Positions 9,000 through 18,097 of a stretch of DNA of 64,000 nucleotides are shown one piece after another. Origin of the DNA: a virus. The notes beneath the pieces were generated by a model that did not search any database, was not told the origin of the DNA, and worked only from the letters and a program-made list of their open reading frames with translations. Numbering within the stretch: the first letter of the stretch is position 1; every line of letters starts with the position of its first letter. The position numbers were made by a program, and so were the translations under genes. The stretch is from IMG/VR virus record IMGVR_UViG_3300037840_000188, positions 64,001 through 128,000 of that record, one strand, 5' to 3'.

Positions 9000-9235
9000 A
9001 AATGTCCTCCATCCAACCCGGCATGCGCCTGCGCTCGACCATTTCGCGAGTGCCGATGGAGGAGTTCATCACCGTCACAGAACTGACGGAGTCTGGGTTT
9101 CGATTTTCTCTCGATGCCGAGTACGTGATGATTACACGCTGGGGAATGACAATGGCAAAGGATGGCCACGAACATTTCGGATTCAATGGCGAGGCGTTTT
9201 ACGAGCCAGTGTATCAGTGCGAGGGCGCAGATTGA
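8996..9235 (+). CDS. hypothetical protein
   Basis: ORF track, coupled. Confidence 0.6.
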   Translation: MKMSSIQPGMRLRSTISRVPMEEFITVTELTESGFRFSLDAEYVMITRWGMTMAKDGHEHFGFNGEAFYEPVYQCEGAD

Positions 9236-9404
9236 AGCCCAAGGTTAAATATCTGAATGGCTCCTGGTACGTCACCGGCGGCCTCGTGCCCATTGATTTA
9301 AGATTTGTCGCGCACGAGACATTAGGTGCGGCGGTTGAGGCGCTGTGTCGGTGGTATCGGGGTGGTGGTGGGGCAGCAATGATTCCATATGGAGGACAAA
9401 CGCA

Positions 9405-9851
9405 ATGAATCTGTCCCGTCGCGGATTTCTCGGTGGTGCTATTGCCGCTATCACCCTGCGGATACTCCCATCGCCGCTCGCCGCTCGCGAGCCACGCAAA
9501 TGGATCTGGCTGCAATTCCACACAGGATTTGATCCGAACTGTACGAGGGCTTGGGCGCGATGGGCCGCATGTCGCTCAGATGGCGTTTACTTTACTACCG
9601 CCGGGCCGATATTCCTTGAAGACGTAGGCACGTCCAGCATGGAATCTTCACCGGCGGTCCTTGCCGTAAAGCAGCAGACCCGCATTCTCCTGAATGAATT
9701 CCTCGATTCTCGCTGTGACTGCCATCCTGGCTATTGGTGCCAGATTCACGAGCACATGAGGCCGAAGGATTTTTCTGGATATATTCCGGACGATGAAGAT
9801 GAGGATGAGGAAGATACGCCTACAGCGATTTATGAGGTAGTCTCCGGATGA
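9405..9851 (+). CDS. hypothetical protein with twin-arginine signal-like N-terminus
   Basis: MNLSRRGFLGGAIAA; RBS GGAGG. Confidence 0.65.
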   Translation: MNLSRRGFLGGAIAAITLRILPSPLAAREPRKWIWLQFHTGFDPNCTRAWARWAACRSDGVYFTTAGPIFLEDVGTSSMESSPAVLAVKQQTRILLNEFLDSRCDCHPGYWCQIHEHMRPKDFSGYIPDDEDEDEEDTPTAIYEVVSG

Positions 9852-10354
9852 TCTCTTGCGACCAACTCCCACCCGACAATAAACTTGTCTTCTCCGACGA
9901 CAGAGCACTACTTCCACATGGCTTTAACTGGGACATTCAGAAATGGCTATCGGAGTGGAGGCCGCTTCCGTATTTAATGCTTCGCGAACCGCTGCCGTAC
10001 GCAGACTGGACCGAGCTTCCAGACTTCCTTAAGATGACCATCCGGCAAGTCTGCTTCCAGCGCCAGCACTGGCAATTAAATAATATGCAACGCCTTTTCC
10101 GCGCGGCAGTCTGCGTAGAACACGGCTGGCAGATTCTTGGCCCGGAGATCGACACCCAGCATGGTCACGTAATCGCCGACTCTCCTGTCGTGGATGTGAT
10201 CGTTCGCCAGGCAGACCAGCCACCAGCGTCGATCCAGAGCCTAGCCGAGTTATCCGCGCAAGTATGGGCTGGGATGACAGATGCCGAGCGCGAGAAGCAT
10301 CCAAGGATCGGCGAGGTCGCCGCGTGTGCGGATCTAGATGGACTTAGCTTGTGA
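9848..10354 (+). CDS. hypothetical protein
   Basis: ORF track, ATGA coupling. Confidence 0.6.
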   Translation: MISCDQLPPDNKLVFSDDRALLPHGFNWDIQKWLSEWRPLPYLMLREPLPYADWTELPDFLKMTIRQVCFQRQHWQLNNMQRLFRAAVCVEHGWQILGPEIDTQHGHVIADSPVVDVIVRQADQPPASIQSLAELSAQVWAGMTDAEREKHPRIGEVAACADLDGLSL

Positions 10355-10623
10355 GTATGTGTCGTGGCTGCGGTCAAGCAGATGGACGACCACGCCTCTG
10401 CCATAGTTGCACTGTGAGGCGTCAGGATCTATTTGCCGTTCAGGTAATGACTATGCAAGCGATGGGTATGAGCTTGAGAGAGATCGGCGAGAGGCTGGGA
10501 AAATCAGCCGAGCGCGTGCGGCAGATCCTGTACTTGGGCTGCCGACGGTGTTTTGTGTTGCGCGATGAACGAGGAGCAATTATCCCCTCCGAACGCAAAT
10601 CGAGATTTTACGGTACAATCTAA
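10351..10623 (+). CDS. sigma-70 region 4-like HTH protein with N-terminal Cys motif
   Basis: GMSLREIGERLGKSAERVRQI. Confidence 0.65.
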   Translation: MSMCRGCGQADGRPRLCHSCTVRRQDLFAVQVMTMQAMGMSLREIGERLGKSAERVRQILYLGCRRCFVLRDERGAIIPSERKSRFYGTI

Positions 10624-10625
10624 TT

Positions 10626-10774
10626 CTGCGAGCAAGTTGATAGATCGGGATCGCTTCGTCAACGTCGCCCCTGATCCTTGCGTCCCCGTAGTTGCTGGAA
10701 GGAAGCCTCGGCCACCGGGGTGATAACAAAGCGACGGAGCGGTGAATCCGGCCAGTTCCGGAACTTGCTCGCAG
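10626..10774 (+). ncRNA. candidate ~150-nt rod-like structured RNA (6S-like architecture) or leader
   Basis: Perfect 13-bp closing stem CTGCGAGCAAGTT/AACTTGCTCGCAG, two nested inner stems, TACAAT 7 nt upstream. Confidence 0.5.
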
Positions 10775-10793
10775 CGTAATATCATCGTAGTCA

Positions 10794-12413
10794 GTGGCCC
10801 AAAACCAAATCCCCGCCCGTCTGCCCGGCGCAACGCCACAGACGATCAGCGACCTTTACGACAAAATTAACTACCTCCTCTCAAAGCAATCCCCATCTTC
10901 AACCCCAACCACCACCCCAACTGCCCCCACCACTCCGACCACCTCCATAGTCGCTGATATCAGCGGCGCGAGCGGTCAGGCATCTGGTCCACAGTTCGCC
11001 GACATCCCGATCCTCGCCACCCTTCCATCTAATAACCCCGTGCAGGGCGCACCGTACGCACAAAATGGCCTGATGATCGACGTTGGCGGTCAACTGTATA
11101 TCTATGTCGCGGGGCCAACCTTTGCCTGGACTCCTGCCGTTGCCGAAGCCACGTTTCAGGCTGCCGAGACGCTGACCGTTGGCGGCACTGCCAATGCGAT
11201 CACTGGCACCACGCCGACCACCTACGCCGCACTCGCTACCGGTTACGTAATCCGCCTTATTCCGACCGCTACAAATACCGGGGCCGTGACTATCAACATA
11301 AATTCCATCGGCGCAAAAGCCATCACAAAGAACGGCACTGCGGCGCTCGTTGGGGGAGAACTGGTCAATGGCAATACGTATTTCCTCTTATACGATGGCA
11401 CTCGTTTTCAGATTCTTGGTGAAATCATCAACGAAGTCACCTTGGCGAACAGTGAATGGGTGACCGTCGGGGGGGCGGCAAACGCCATCACTGGCATTAC
11501 GGCGAATAAATACACCGCACTCGCGAATGGTTTTCTCCTGCGCCTTATTCCAACCTCCACAAATACGGGGGCTACGACACTCAACATCAACAGTATCGGC
11601 GCGCACGCAGTCACAAAGAACGGCAACGTCGCCCTGACGGGCGGAGAACTCACTTCCGGAATTGTTTATTTTCTGCTCTGGGATGGTACGGAATTTCAGA
11701 TCGTCGGATCGCAACCTGTTACCGAGGCCGCGATTGCGAACAGTGAGTGGATAACGGTTGGCGGCACTGCGAATGCGATTACCGGTGCTACGGCTACCCC
11801 CTACACCTCTCTCGCTCCTGGATTCCTTATCCGGATCATTCCGACCGCAAATAATACCAGCGCCACGACGCTGAATGTAAATGGTATCGGCGCACAGCCG
11901 GTAACGAAGGACGGTAACACAGCCCTCTCGGGAGGTGAACTGCTCAGCGGCGTAGCGGCCTTTCTATTGTGGGATGGAACAGAATTTCAAATAGTTGGAG
12001 CTGCTGCCGGAGTGACGCAGACTGTGGCTACTTTCACTCCTGCGCTTCTTATCGGCGGCTCTGGTACCGGCATCACCTATTCCAACCAGACCGGCGTTTC
12101 TATCCTGACCGGCGATCAGGTAGTACTGCTCGTATCGCTGACCCTATCCGGAATCCCAGCCCCGAGTGGTGGTGCGCTGACAATCGACGTATCTGGTGCC
12201 GCTGTTCCTGTGTCGGTCGCCCCTGGCGGCATCGTGACGATCTGCTACATGACAGGCTGGCAGTCATTAACGGGCGCGCCGAGCGGGCTCCTTCCCACCG
12301 GAACCGGGAGCGTGCATCTTTACCAGTGGGGTGCTACGGGCGTTTCTGGCCTCACTGACGCCAACATCACTGCTGCCAGTGTGATTTATCTGGCGGTGGT
12401 CTATGTGACGTAG
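10794..12413 (+). CDS. tail fibre/receptor-binding-like protein with three ~95-aa tandem repeats
   Basis: 3x TVGG.ANAITG...P..NTGA.T.NIN.IGA..TKNG..AL.GGEL.....L..DGT.FQI. Confidence 0.75.
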   Translation: MAQNQIPARLPGATPQTISDLYDKINYLLSKQSPSSTPTTTPTAPTTPTTSIVADISGASGQASGPQFADIPILATLPSNNPVQGAPYAQNGLMIDVGGQLYIYVAGPTFAWTPAVAEATFQAAETLTVGGTANAITGTTPTTYAALATGYVIRLIPTATNTGAVTININSIGAKAITKNGTAALVGGELVNGNTYFLLYDGTRFQILGEIINEVTLANSEWVTVGGAANAITGITANKYTALANGFLLRLIPTSTNTGATTLNINSIGAHAVTKNGNVALTGGELTSGIVYFLLWDGTEFQIVGSQPVTEAAIANSEWITVGGTANAITGATATPYTSLAPGFLIRIIPTANNTSATTLNVNGIGAQPVTKDGNTALSGGELLSGVAAFLLWDGTEFQIVGAAAGVTQTVATFTPALLIGGSGTGITYSNQTGVSILTGDQVVLLVSLTLSGIPAPSGGALTIDVSGAAVPVSVAPGGIVTICYMTGWQSLTGAPSGLLPTGTGSVHLYQWGATGVSGLTDANITAASVIYLAVVYVT

Positions 12414-12926
12414 TGGTTTGCCTCATCACAATTCCGAGACTGTCGAGCGGACTTACGTCAACGCCGAAGCCGAAGATTGCGGAGCCGTGGCTGGCGGCTT
12501 CCTGGCGGCGGTTTTCGCGGAGAACGCCGAACTTTAATCGGGATTTGACGAAGACCACGGAATCACAGGCACGAAGGGCGCGCTGGAAGATGCGCGTGTC
12601 GGTGTGTGAGGGGATCAGCAGGACCACTTTTCGTGATTGGCCTTCGAGGATGCAGCGCTCGACCCAGCGGCCCCTAACTTCGCCATACGGTGGGTTTATG
12701 AAGCAGGTAGGACTATCCCACGGCAATACGCAACCGTCTTGGGGGGGGTATAGAAGGACAGAGCGCCAGTCGGATTATCCGGTTCCGTGCACGGGTCGAG
12801 GCCGATACCTCCCAAAAGAGCACGGATGGGCTCCAGTACGTACTCTGGCGTCAGCATTGCCTGCCTGGCGTGACTCTCTGGTCTTCGGCGTTTGGTGTTG
12901 TCGAAGCGGTGGGAGGCGGTTGGCAT
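12367..12926 (-). pseudogene. phage N6-adenine DNA methyltransferase split by a frameshift in a C8 tract
   Basis: TP..V....LDPC in first ORF, FINPPY in second; one extra C at 12741-12748 fuses them. Confidence 0.75.
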
Positions 12927-12976
12927 TCTAGCCTAGGCAGGCGAATTCGCGGTGCAATTGCTTCAGTGGAGCAGCT

Positions 12977-13318
12977 TTACAGTAGGCCTCGTGAGCCAAC
13001 TCCGGAGTCGAAAAACACCCAAGATGAATTCTCTTTTTTGACTTCTGTATAACGGCACGCCAGCGATTGCCGATCTTGTGGACGCCTTTGTATCCGATTC
13101 ATGACGACGTTTTCCATAAGGATCAACTTTCCATCCCCATAGCGACAGGCGTGGTAGCTGGCGGTTCTGGCGAGCCAAATAGCTTGCCACTTCCACTGCA
13201 TTAAATATTCGTAGTTATGCTCGTCTACAAGCGATGTCATTCCGTTATCGAGCGGAATGCGGTACTCTTTTATTGGCTGGGTTTCCTGCTCATTCAGGTT
13301 CATGTGGTCGCGCTCCAA
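12977..13318 (-). CDS. truncated HNH/AP2-associated N-terminal domain protein
   Basis: IPLDNGMTSLVDEHNYEYLMQWKW motif typical of HNH-AP2 N-termini; no HNH core. Confidence 0.5.
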   Translation of the reverse strand: MERDHMNLNEQETQPIKEYRIPLDNGMTSLVDEHNYEYLMQWKWQAIWLARTASYHACRYGDGKLILMENVVMNRIQRRPQDRQSLACRYTEVKKENSSWVFFDSGVGSRGLL

Positions 13319-13354
13319 CGCGAGTTACAACTCAGCCATTATATCACACTTGGA

Positions 13355-15340
13355 TCAACCCGATGTTGCTATTGTGGGTCCATTTGCATTCTGCTTGAGA
13401 CTTGGTGGGGCTTGGTCTGTCTGCTTCCGACCCGCCGAGTTCGCGATTAAGCCTATCCCGAGTTGCTGCTGAAGTGCCAGCCGACCAATTTCATCAGCAG
13501 GGATTTTTAATCCAGGAGGAGAAAAATTATCTCTTCCCGCAGCTTCCATGAGAGAAAAAACGGATAAATATCCCATTTTAGCCAACATAAAGTCCTGAAG
13601 GAGCTCCTGCTGCCCGGCAGAATTAAGCAACGAAGATGGCGCGAATTTAAATGCAAACGACGCAAGCATTGCCTTCGCTCTTTCATACAGCGGTCGCGGT
13701 CCATCAGACATAAAAGCATCCAGCGTCGAGCCCACGTCACCAGGCTCCCCATCCGGCACATCATCTGGAATGAAGTTTCCAGCAGAGAAATCATAATCCT
13801 CTGCTGTTACTGCGTCTGGACCAAACTTCATTAACCGCTTGGAAAGTGTATCGAATTCAGCAATACAATATAAAAATTGTTCGCTAAATTCCTTCATAAA
13901 CCCTTCCAGAATCCTTGATCTTAAACGGATTCCAGGCGTTTGAAACTTGGCGATGGTATCGAGTGTATCGTCGGATGGTATCTGATTTAACGACGCCATT
14001 CCCTGAATATTCGCCGTCCCTGCCGCCTCCCGCATCCATTCTTCGAGCTTCTCGATATGCGTCCAGATTGACTGCGGAAGAGTAGGCGGATTAACGATCT
14101 GAATTCCCTTCCCAGAAGCCGGATTAGATCTCACTTTATATCCGGCGACCGCCGAATTAAACTTAGTAAACTCGCTGCGGGAAACATTGCGATCCGCAAT
14201 AGCACCAGGCTGCGCAATTTGAGCGGCATTATTATCCACCACTCGACACAGACCGTTCAGCGACTCATTAAGCGGAAGAAGGTCCCAGAGCGGGGCCTTC
14301 CCCAAGAACGACATCGGCCACGGATTCAACGTGAGCTTGATGAGGGGATATTGACCATGCCAGTACGGCGACGTATCGTCATAAAGCATGACGCCGTTTG
14401 ACCATACAATCATCCGCTTAAACGGGTAGAGCGGCATCCCGGGCTTGACCTTGTATGACCATTGATTCTGCCCGACTAGTTCGCCTTTTTCGTTTTTCTC
14501 CCAACCCCCCATGTAGACATCGTGTTTATATGGATTAGTGCGCGGGTCGTCCAGATAGAGGGTACGCAGAAAGCACGTGGGAGTCTTTGGAATTGGGGCG
14601 TCTGCATGCTTCCGGTCTGGAGATAACGGCCCAGTAACCGAACTCTTGCCGGTAACTGCCCCCACTGCGTGAAGAAACCACCCGAAGATAGATTGCCCGC
14701 CAACGTTAGGGGCTACGTCTTTTCCGTACTCTGATTTAATCCATGCTGGAGTTTTTGCCTGATTGAGGATGACGCCCTCAGCATCCTGAAGGGTGTGATA
14801 CGAGATGGGTCCGATTGGAATTACGTTTCGTGGATCGACGGCATCCACCATCATGTCATTCAGGCGGCGGGAGTAATACAAGTGGGCATAGCCCGTACCG
14901 CAACACGTGTAGTATCGAATTACATCACTGATCCGCAGGTCGATGCAGCGCTGCGTATACCAAGCCGAAGCTTCTTTATTGGATATTCTAGCCTGATTTT
15001 CGTACTTGGGATTATTCGTGGAGTAGTTCCAAAACACCCGTGCGTCGGTCAGCATCGCCGTGATATCTTCAGCGGTAATTGCCACCTTGTTGACCCGAGT
15101 GTTACTCAGGGGGCGCGGCGTCGGAGCATAACTGGCATTCGATGAGGTCTTTTCGTAAGCGAAAATCGCCCCGATGGTCTTGTCGATCTTGTCGTACCCA
15201 ACCTGCGCCTCAATAAACTCCTGCCCCTGTTTAAGGCGAGCCTCGCACCAGCTGATGATCGCGTAATCCCGCGTCCCCGGCTTAGCAGGATCGGGCTCAG
15301 GCAGAGGCGGCAAATCAAAGTCAGGCATTGCCTCTATCAT
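13355..15340 (-). CDS. portal protein (P22/podovirus-like size)
   Basis: 661 aa between TerL and scaffold/MCP; VDPRNV, SPYWHGQYP, DLLPLNESLN portal-like motifs. Confidence 0.8.
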   Translation of the reverse strand: MIEAMPDFDLPPLPEPDPAKPGTRDYAIISWCEARLKQGQEFIEAQVGYDKIDKTIGAIFAYEKTSSNASYAPTPRPLSNTRVNKVAITAEDITAMLTDARVFWNYSTNNPKYENQARISNKEASAWYTQRCIDLRISDVIRYYTCCGTGYAHLYYSRRLNDMMVDAVDPRNVIPIGPISYHTLQDAEGVILNQAKTPAWIKSEYGKDVAPNVGGQSIFGWFLHAVGAVTGKSSVTGPLSPDRKHADAPIPKTPTCFLRTLYLDDPRTNPYKHDVYMGGWEKNEKGELVGQNQWSYKVKPGMPLYPFKRMIVWSNGVMLYDDTSPYWHGQYPLIKLTLNPWPMSFLGKAPLWDLLPLNESLNGLCRVVDNNAAQIAQPGAIADRNVSRSEFTKFNSAVAGYKVRSNPASGKGIQIVNPPTLPQSIWTHIEKLEEWMREAAGTANIQGMASLNQIPSDDTLDTIAKFQTPGIRLRSRILEGFMKEFSEQFLYCIAEFDTLSKRLMKFGPDAVTAEDYDFSAGNFIPDDVPDGEPGDVGSTLDAFMSDGPRPLYERAKAMLASFAFKFAPSSLLNSAGQQELLQDFMLAKMGYLSVFSLMEAAGRDNFSPPGLKIPADEIGRLALQQQLGIGLIANSAGRKQTDQAPPSLKQNANGPTIATSG

Positions 15341-15373
15341 ACGGCAAGTCGTGCCGAATCACCCAATTGCGAT

Positions 15374-15706
15374 ATGCTGGAGAGAATGAACTGGCCAGTC
15401 ATCGGCTCATGGATCGTTGCGTTTGCCACGAAACATGAAGAAGCTCTCGGACTTTTCGCGCTCGCCATGGCTGTGACGATGCGGCCAAAATTACCGTGGC
15501 CTTTCGCCCTGATCGAGCCACTCGAATGGCTTTACGAATGGGTACGGGACGGCCTGCTCACATTCGTGTCGATGCGCGGCCCAGCGCATTCAGAAGCAAG
15601 CGTAGAGAAAACCACGAAGTCCATCATAGACCAAACTGGCAAGACAACCGAGGTCACCTCTTCAATCAAGGCCGAAGAGGGAACGCACGAGGAGTCAGCG
15701 AAATGA
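15374..15706 (+). CDS. membrane protein (holin-like)
   Basis: Hydrophobic segments, charged C-terminus. Confidence 0.5.
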   Translation: MLERMNWPVIGSWIVAFATKHEEALGLFALAMAVTMRPKLPWPFALIEPLEWLYEWVRDGLLTFVSMRGPAHSEASVEKTTKSIIDQTGKTTEVTSSIKAEEGTHEESAK

Positions 15707-16239
15707 TGCGATTGATTCTCATTCTGGCAGTCTCCTCAGTCGCCCTCGCCGACTCCAAATCAGACAGAGACCGCATTGCTGAACTCAATCGCCAGAACGC
15801 GGATCTGATCCAGCAGATAAAAGCCTCGATAGCAGGAAATCAATCCGAACTTCTCAAGCTCCGCGCCCAGGTCGCCGCGCGGTCGAAAGATGCTGCTTCT
15901 CTCGCGGCCTCCGGTCGCTCTGAGGCAAAGGCAACAGCGAGCGGCCAGTCCGATGCCATTGCAACCGTACAGCAGTCCACGGATGCCATCCAGCTCCAGA
16001 TCGCGCAACTGAAGGCAGCGAGTCCGGTCAATTCAGTTCCAGTGTGGCTCGCGGCAATAGCTCTGATCGGGACGTTTTTCGGAACGCTCGGCACCGTGAT
16101 ACTCGCAATCATCAATCACACGAAAACGAGCGTCATTGAACAGCATGTCAACGGCATGGTAGAGAAGATGGGTGCGGCACGGGAACAAAAAGGCCGTGAC
16201 GATGCGCGCGCCGAGGACAGAGAAGTTCGTGGTGGATGA
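15703..16239 (+). CDS. signal peptide + coiled coil + C-terminal TM protein
   Basis: MMRLILILAVSSVALA; WLAAIALIGTFFGTLGTVILAII; RBS GAGGAG. Confidence 0.65.
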   Translation: MMRLILILAVSSVALADSKSDRDRIAELNRQNADLIQQIKASIAGNQSELLKLRAQVAARSKDAASLAASGRSEAKATASGQSDAIATVQQSTDAIQLQIAQLKAASPVNSVPVWLAAIALIGTFFGTLGTVILAIINHTKTSVIEQHVNGMVEKMGAAREQKGRDDARAEDREVRGG

Positions 16240-16461
16240 TGGACGGCGACGAGATAGGGCGTGCGGAAGAGGTCTATCAGTTTGTGTCGGAGCTAGCGGA
16301 CGCGCTCCAGGACGCGCTGGAGATGGTGGATTCAGGACCACACAGCAGAGAGTCTGTGCTTCAGGAGTTTGCAGCACGGCTGGTGCTTATGATGCGCTCG
16401 AATAGCGAGTAGAATCAGCGGACGGGCAGTGGCGTGCTCTTAGGTGGGGGAGGTGGTGCGC

Positions 16462-16671
16462 ATGCAGACCAGGAAAGCCAGTCCTCCGGCTGAGCAAGCT
16501 AAGGAGTTAGAGCGTCGCGTCAAGGCTCTCGAAGATCGACTCGCAGCAGGGCCAGGCGCTCAGGGACGTCCCGGCGAGAAGGGTGCCCGGGGCGAGAAGG
16601 GCGACACTGGCGAGTCTGGAAATCGCGGAGCAGAAGGACCACGGGGTCCTGGGTTTTGGGGAGGGGAATAA
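16462..16671 (+). CDS. short collagen-like (Gly-X-Y) protein
   Basis: GAQGRPGEKGARGEKGDTGESGNRGAEGPRG; RBS GGAGGT. Confidence 0.7.
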   Translation: MQTRKASPPAEQAKELERRVKALEDRLAAGPGAQGRPGEKGARGEKGDTGESGNRGAEGPRGPGFWGGE

Positions 16672-16674
16672 ATC

Positions 16675-16890
16675 ATGGAAACGTTGATCTATGTATTGAT
16701 CTGTATTGTCATATTCTGCATTCTTGCCTATGGGCTGCTTTGGGTCTGCGGCAAATTCTTCCCGGAATTTCCGCCCGCCCGCTGGATTTGCGGAGCCATC
16801 CTACTGATCGTTTTGCTTATTTTTGCGGCCAGTCAATTTGGTGGTGGAAGCGGCGTTCACTTCCCTGAATTTCGACACGATTCGCGTTAG
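16675..16890 (+). CDS. two-TM small membrane protein
   Basis: Two hydrophobic helices; RBS GGAGG. Confidence 0.7.
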   Translation: METLIYVLICIVIFCILAYGLLWVCGKFFPEFPPARWICGAILLIVLLIFAASQFGGGSGVHFPEFRHDSR

Positions 16891-17153
16891 CGCGGCGCGA
16901 GGAAGCAGTGAATCTTGCGGCCTTCGGTGCGAGTGCAGAGACGCCAGTCGCCCTTGTGGATACGTTGACCGGCGGTGAGAATTGTGGAGCGGAAGGAGGG
17001 AACCGTGAGATTGGTGGGGGTAACGACTTCCAGTTGCTGGCCCGGCTCAAGAGCCTTTAACTGGGAATTCAAACCGGACCAGTCGGATCGTTGTCTGGGG
17101 ATATCCAGAAGTTCACTGACCCGACCGATCCTGGTTCGAAGAGGACTCGCCAT
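16887..17153 (-). CDS. hypothetical protein (TROVE operon)
   Basis: ORF track, abuts upstream gene. Confidence 0.6.
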   Translation of the reverse strand: MASPLRTRIGRVSELLDIPRQRSDWSGLNSQLKALEPGQQLEVVTPTNLTVPSFRSTILTAGQRIHKGDWRLCTRTEGRKIHCFLAPR

Positions 17154-17498
17154 CTACCGCCCGGTTTTCGCCGGTGTGAGGCCGAGCTTGTTCTGGAGAG
17201 CCGCCATCTTCTTGACAGCTTCAGTCTTGCGCTCGCTCGTGGTCTTGTAACCCTCAAGCTCTGCTTCGATACGCTTCAGCTCTGCCATATCGGCAGCGCG
17301 AGTGCGACGGTCGATCTCATCACGCAGAACGGTGGTCGACTTCTCCAACCATTCCGGCGCGGAGATCTGAAGGTGGCCGTACTCATTCTCCAGATTGCGC
17401 GCGTAGGCCGATAGCGTCACCGCTTCGTCCATATCAAGAACGCGATCCAGATTCAGATTCTTCAATGCCTGTAACATTGCTTTAATCCTTTCTACCAC
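17154..17498 (-). CDS. coiled-coil hypothetical protein (TROVE operon)
   Basis: ORF track. Confidence 0.7.
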   Translation of the reverse strand: MVERIKAMLQALKNLNLDRVLDMDEAVTLSAYARNLENEYGHLQISAPEWLEKSTTVLRDEIDRRTRAADMAELKRIEAELEGYKTTSERKTEAVKKMAALQNKLGLTPAKTGR

Positions 17499-17503
17499 GA
17501 AGC

Positions 17504-18097
17504 TCAGCGCGAGCGCGGCTTGGCAGTTATTTTTCGCAAATCATTCAAGCGCTCGACGAGCGCCTCGTTAGCCAGGTAAGTCTTGTAATTTATCTCATCC
17601 GGCTGATTTAGATAATGCATATCCGAGGAAACACGACCATATTCGGATGAGGCTATCCACGCCGAATATTCCATGCTCCCCCGAAGCTTATTACAGCGAC
17701 GGCAGGCGCTAACTAGATTGTCCTCAGCCGTCGCCCCACCATCCTCCCAGAGAATTACGTGATCCACCGTTAATGGCTTTTCTTGACCACAGTACCTACA
17801 CCGAAAGTGATCTCTCCGAAAGACATTCCAGCTGACGAACTGATCTATCTGCCGCTGGCTCTTTCGAAGAATCGCCTTTCCCGGCCCTCGCACATCGAGC
17901 ACGTCGGACTGATTCAGGAAGCGCTCCCACTGAGCGGTGTCCATCACGAGCAGTTCGTGCTCGCCCGCGAGGTCTTCGTCTGGTAACGGGACGAGATACA
18001 CTTTCCCGTTACCAGTCCAGATCGCACCGCCGAGTTGAATCGTGTGGCCGACTTCGAGGATGTCGAGGTCGGCTAACGTCACCTGAGTGGCGGTCAT
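17504..18097 (-). CDS. HNH endonuclease (McrA-like core) coupled to TROVE gene
   Basis: RDHFRCRYCG..LTVDHV....GG...DNLVSACRRCN; ATGA overlap. Confidence 0.85.
   Translation of the reverse strand: MTATQVTLADLDILEVGHTIQLGGAIWTGNGKVYLVPLPDEDLAGEHELLVMDTAQWERFLNQSDVLDVRGPGKAILRKSQRQIDQFVSWNVFRRDHFRCRYCGQEKPLTVDHVILWEDGGATAEDNLVSACRRCNKLRGSMEYSAWIASSEYGRVSSDMHYLNQPDEINYKTYLANEALVERLNDLRKITAKPRSR

Noticed and set aside
10695-10710. SRP RNA (GGAAGGAAGC match)
   Set aside because: Flanking bases do not form the SRP domain IV helix (no CAGG/AGCA loop)
11160-12000. Diversity-generating retroelement template/variable repeats
   Set aside because: Repeats are in-frame protein domain repeats with mostly synonymous divergence; no reverse transcriptase in the window
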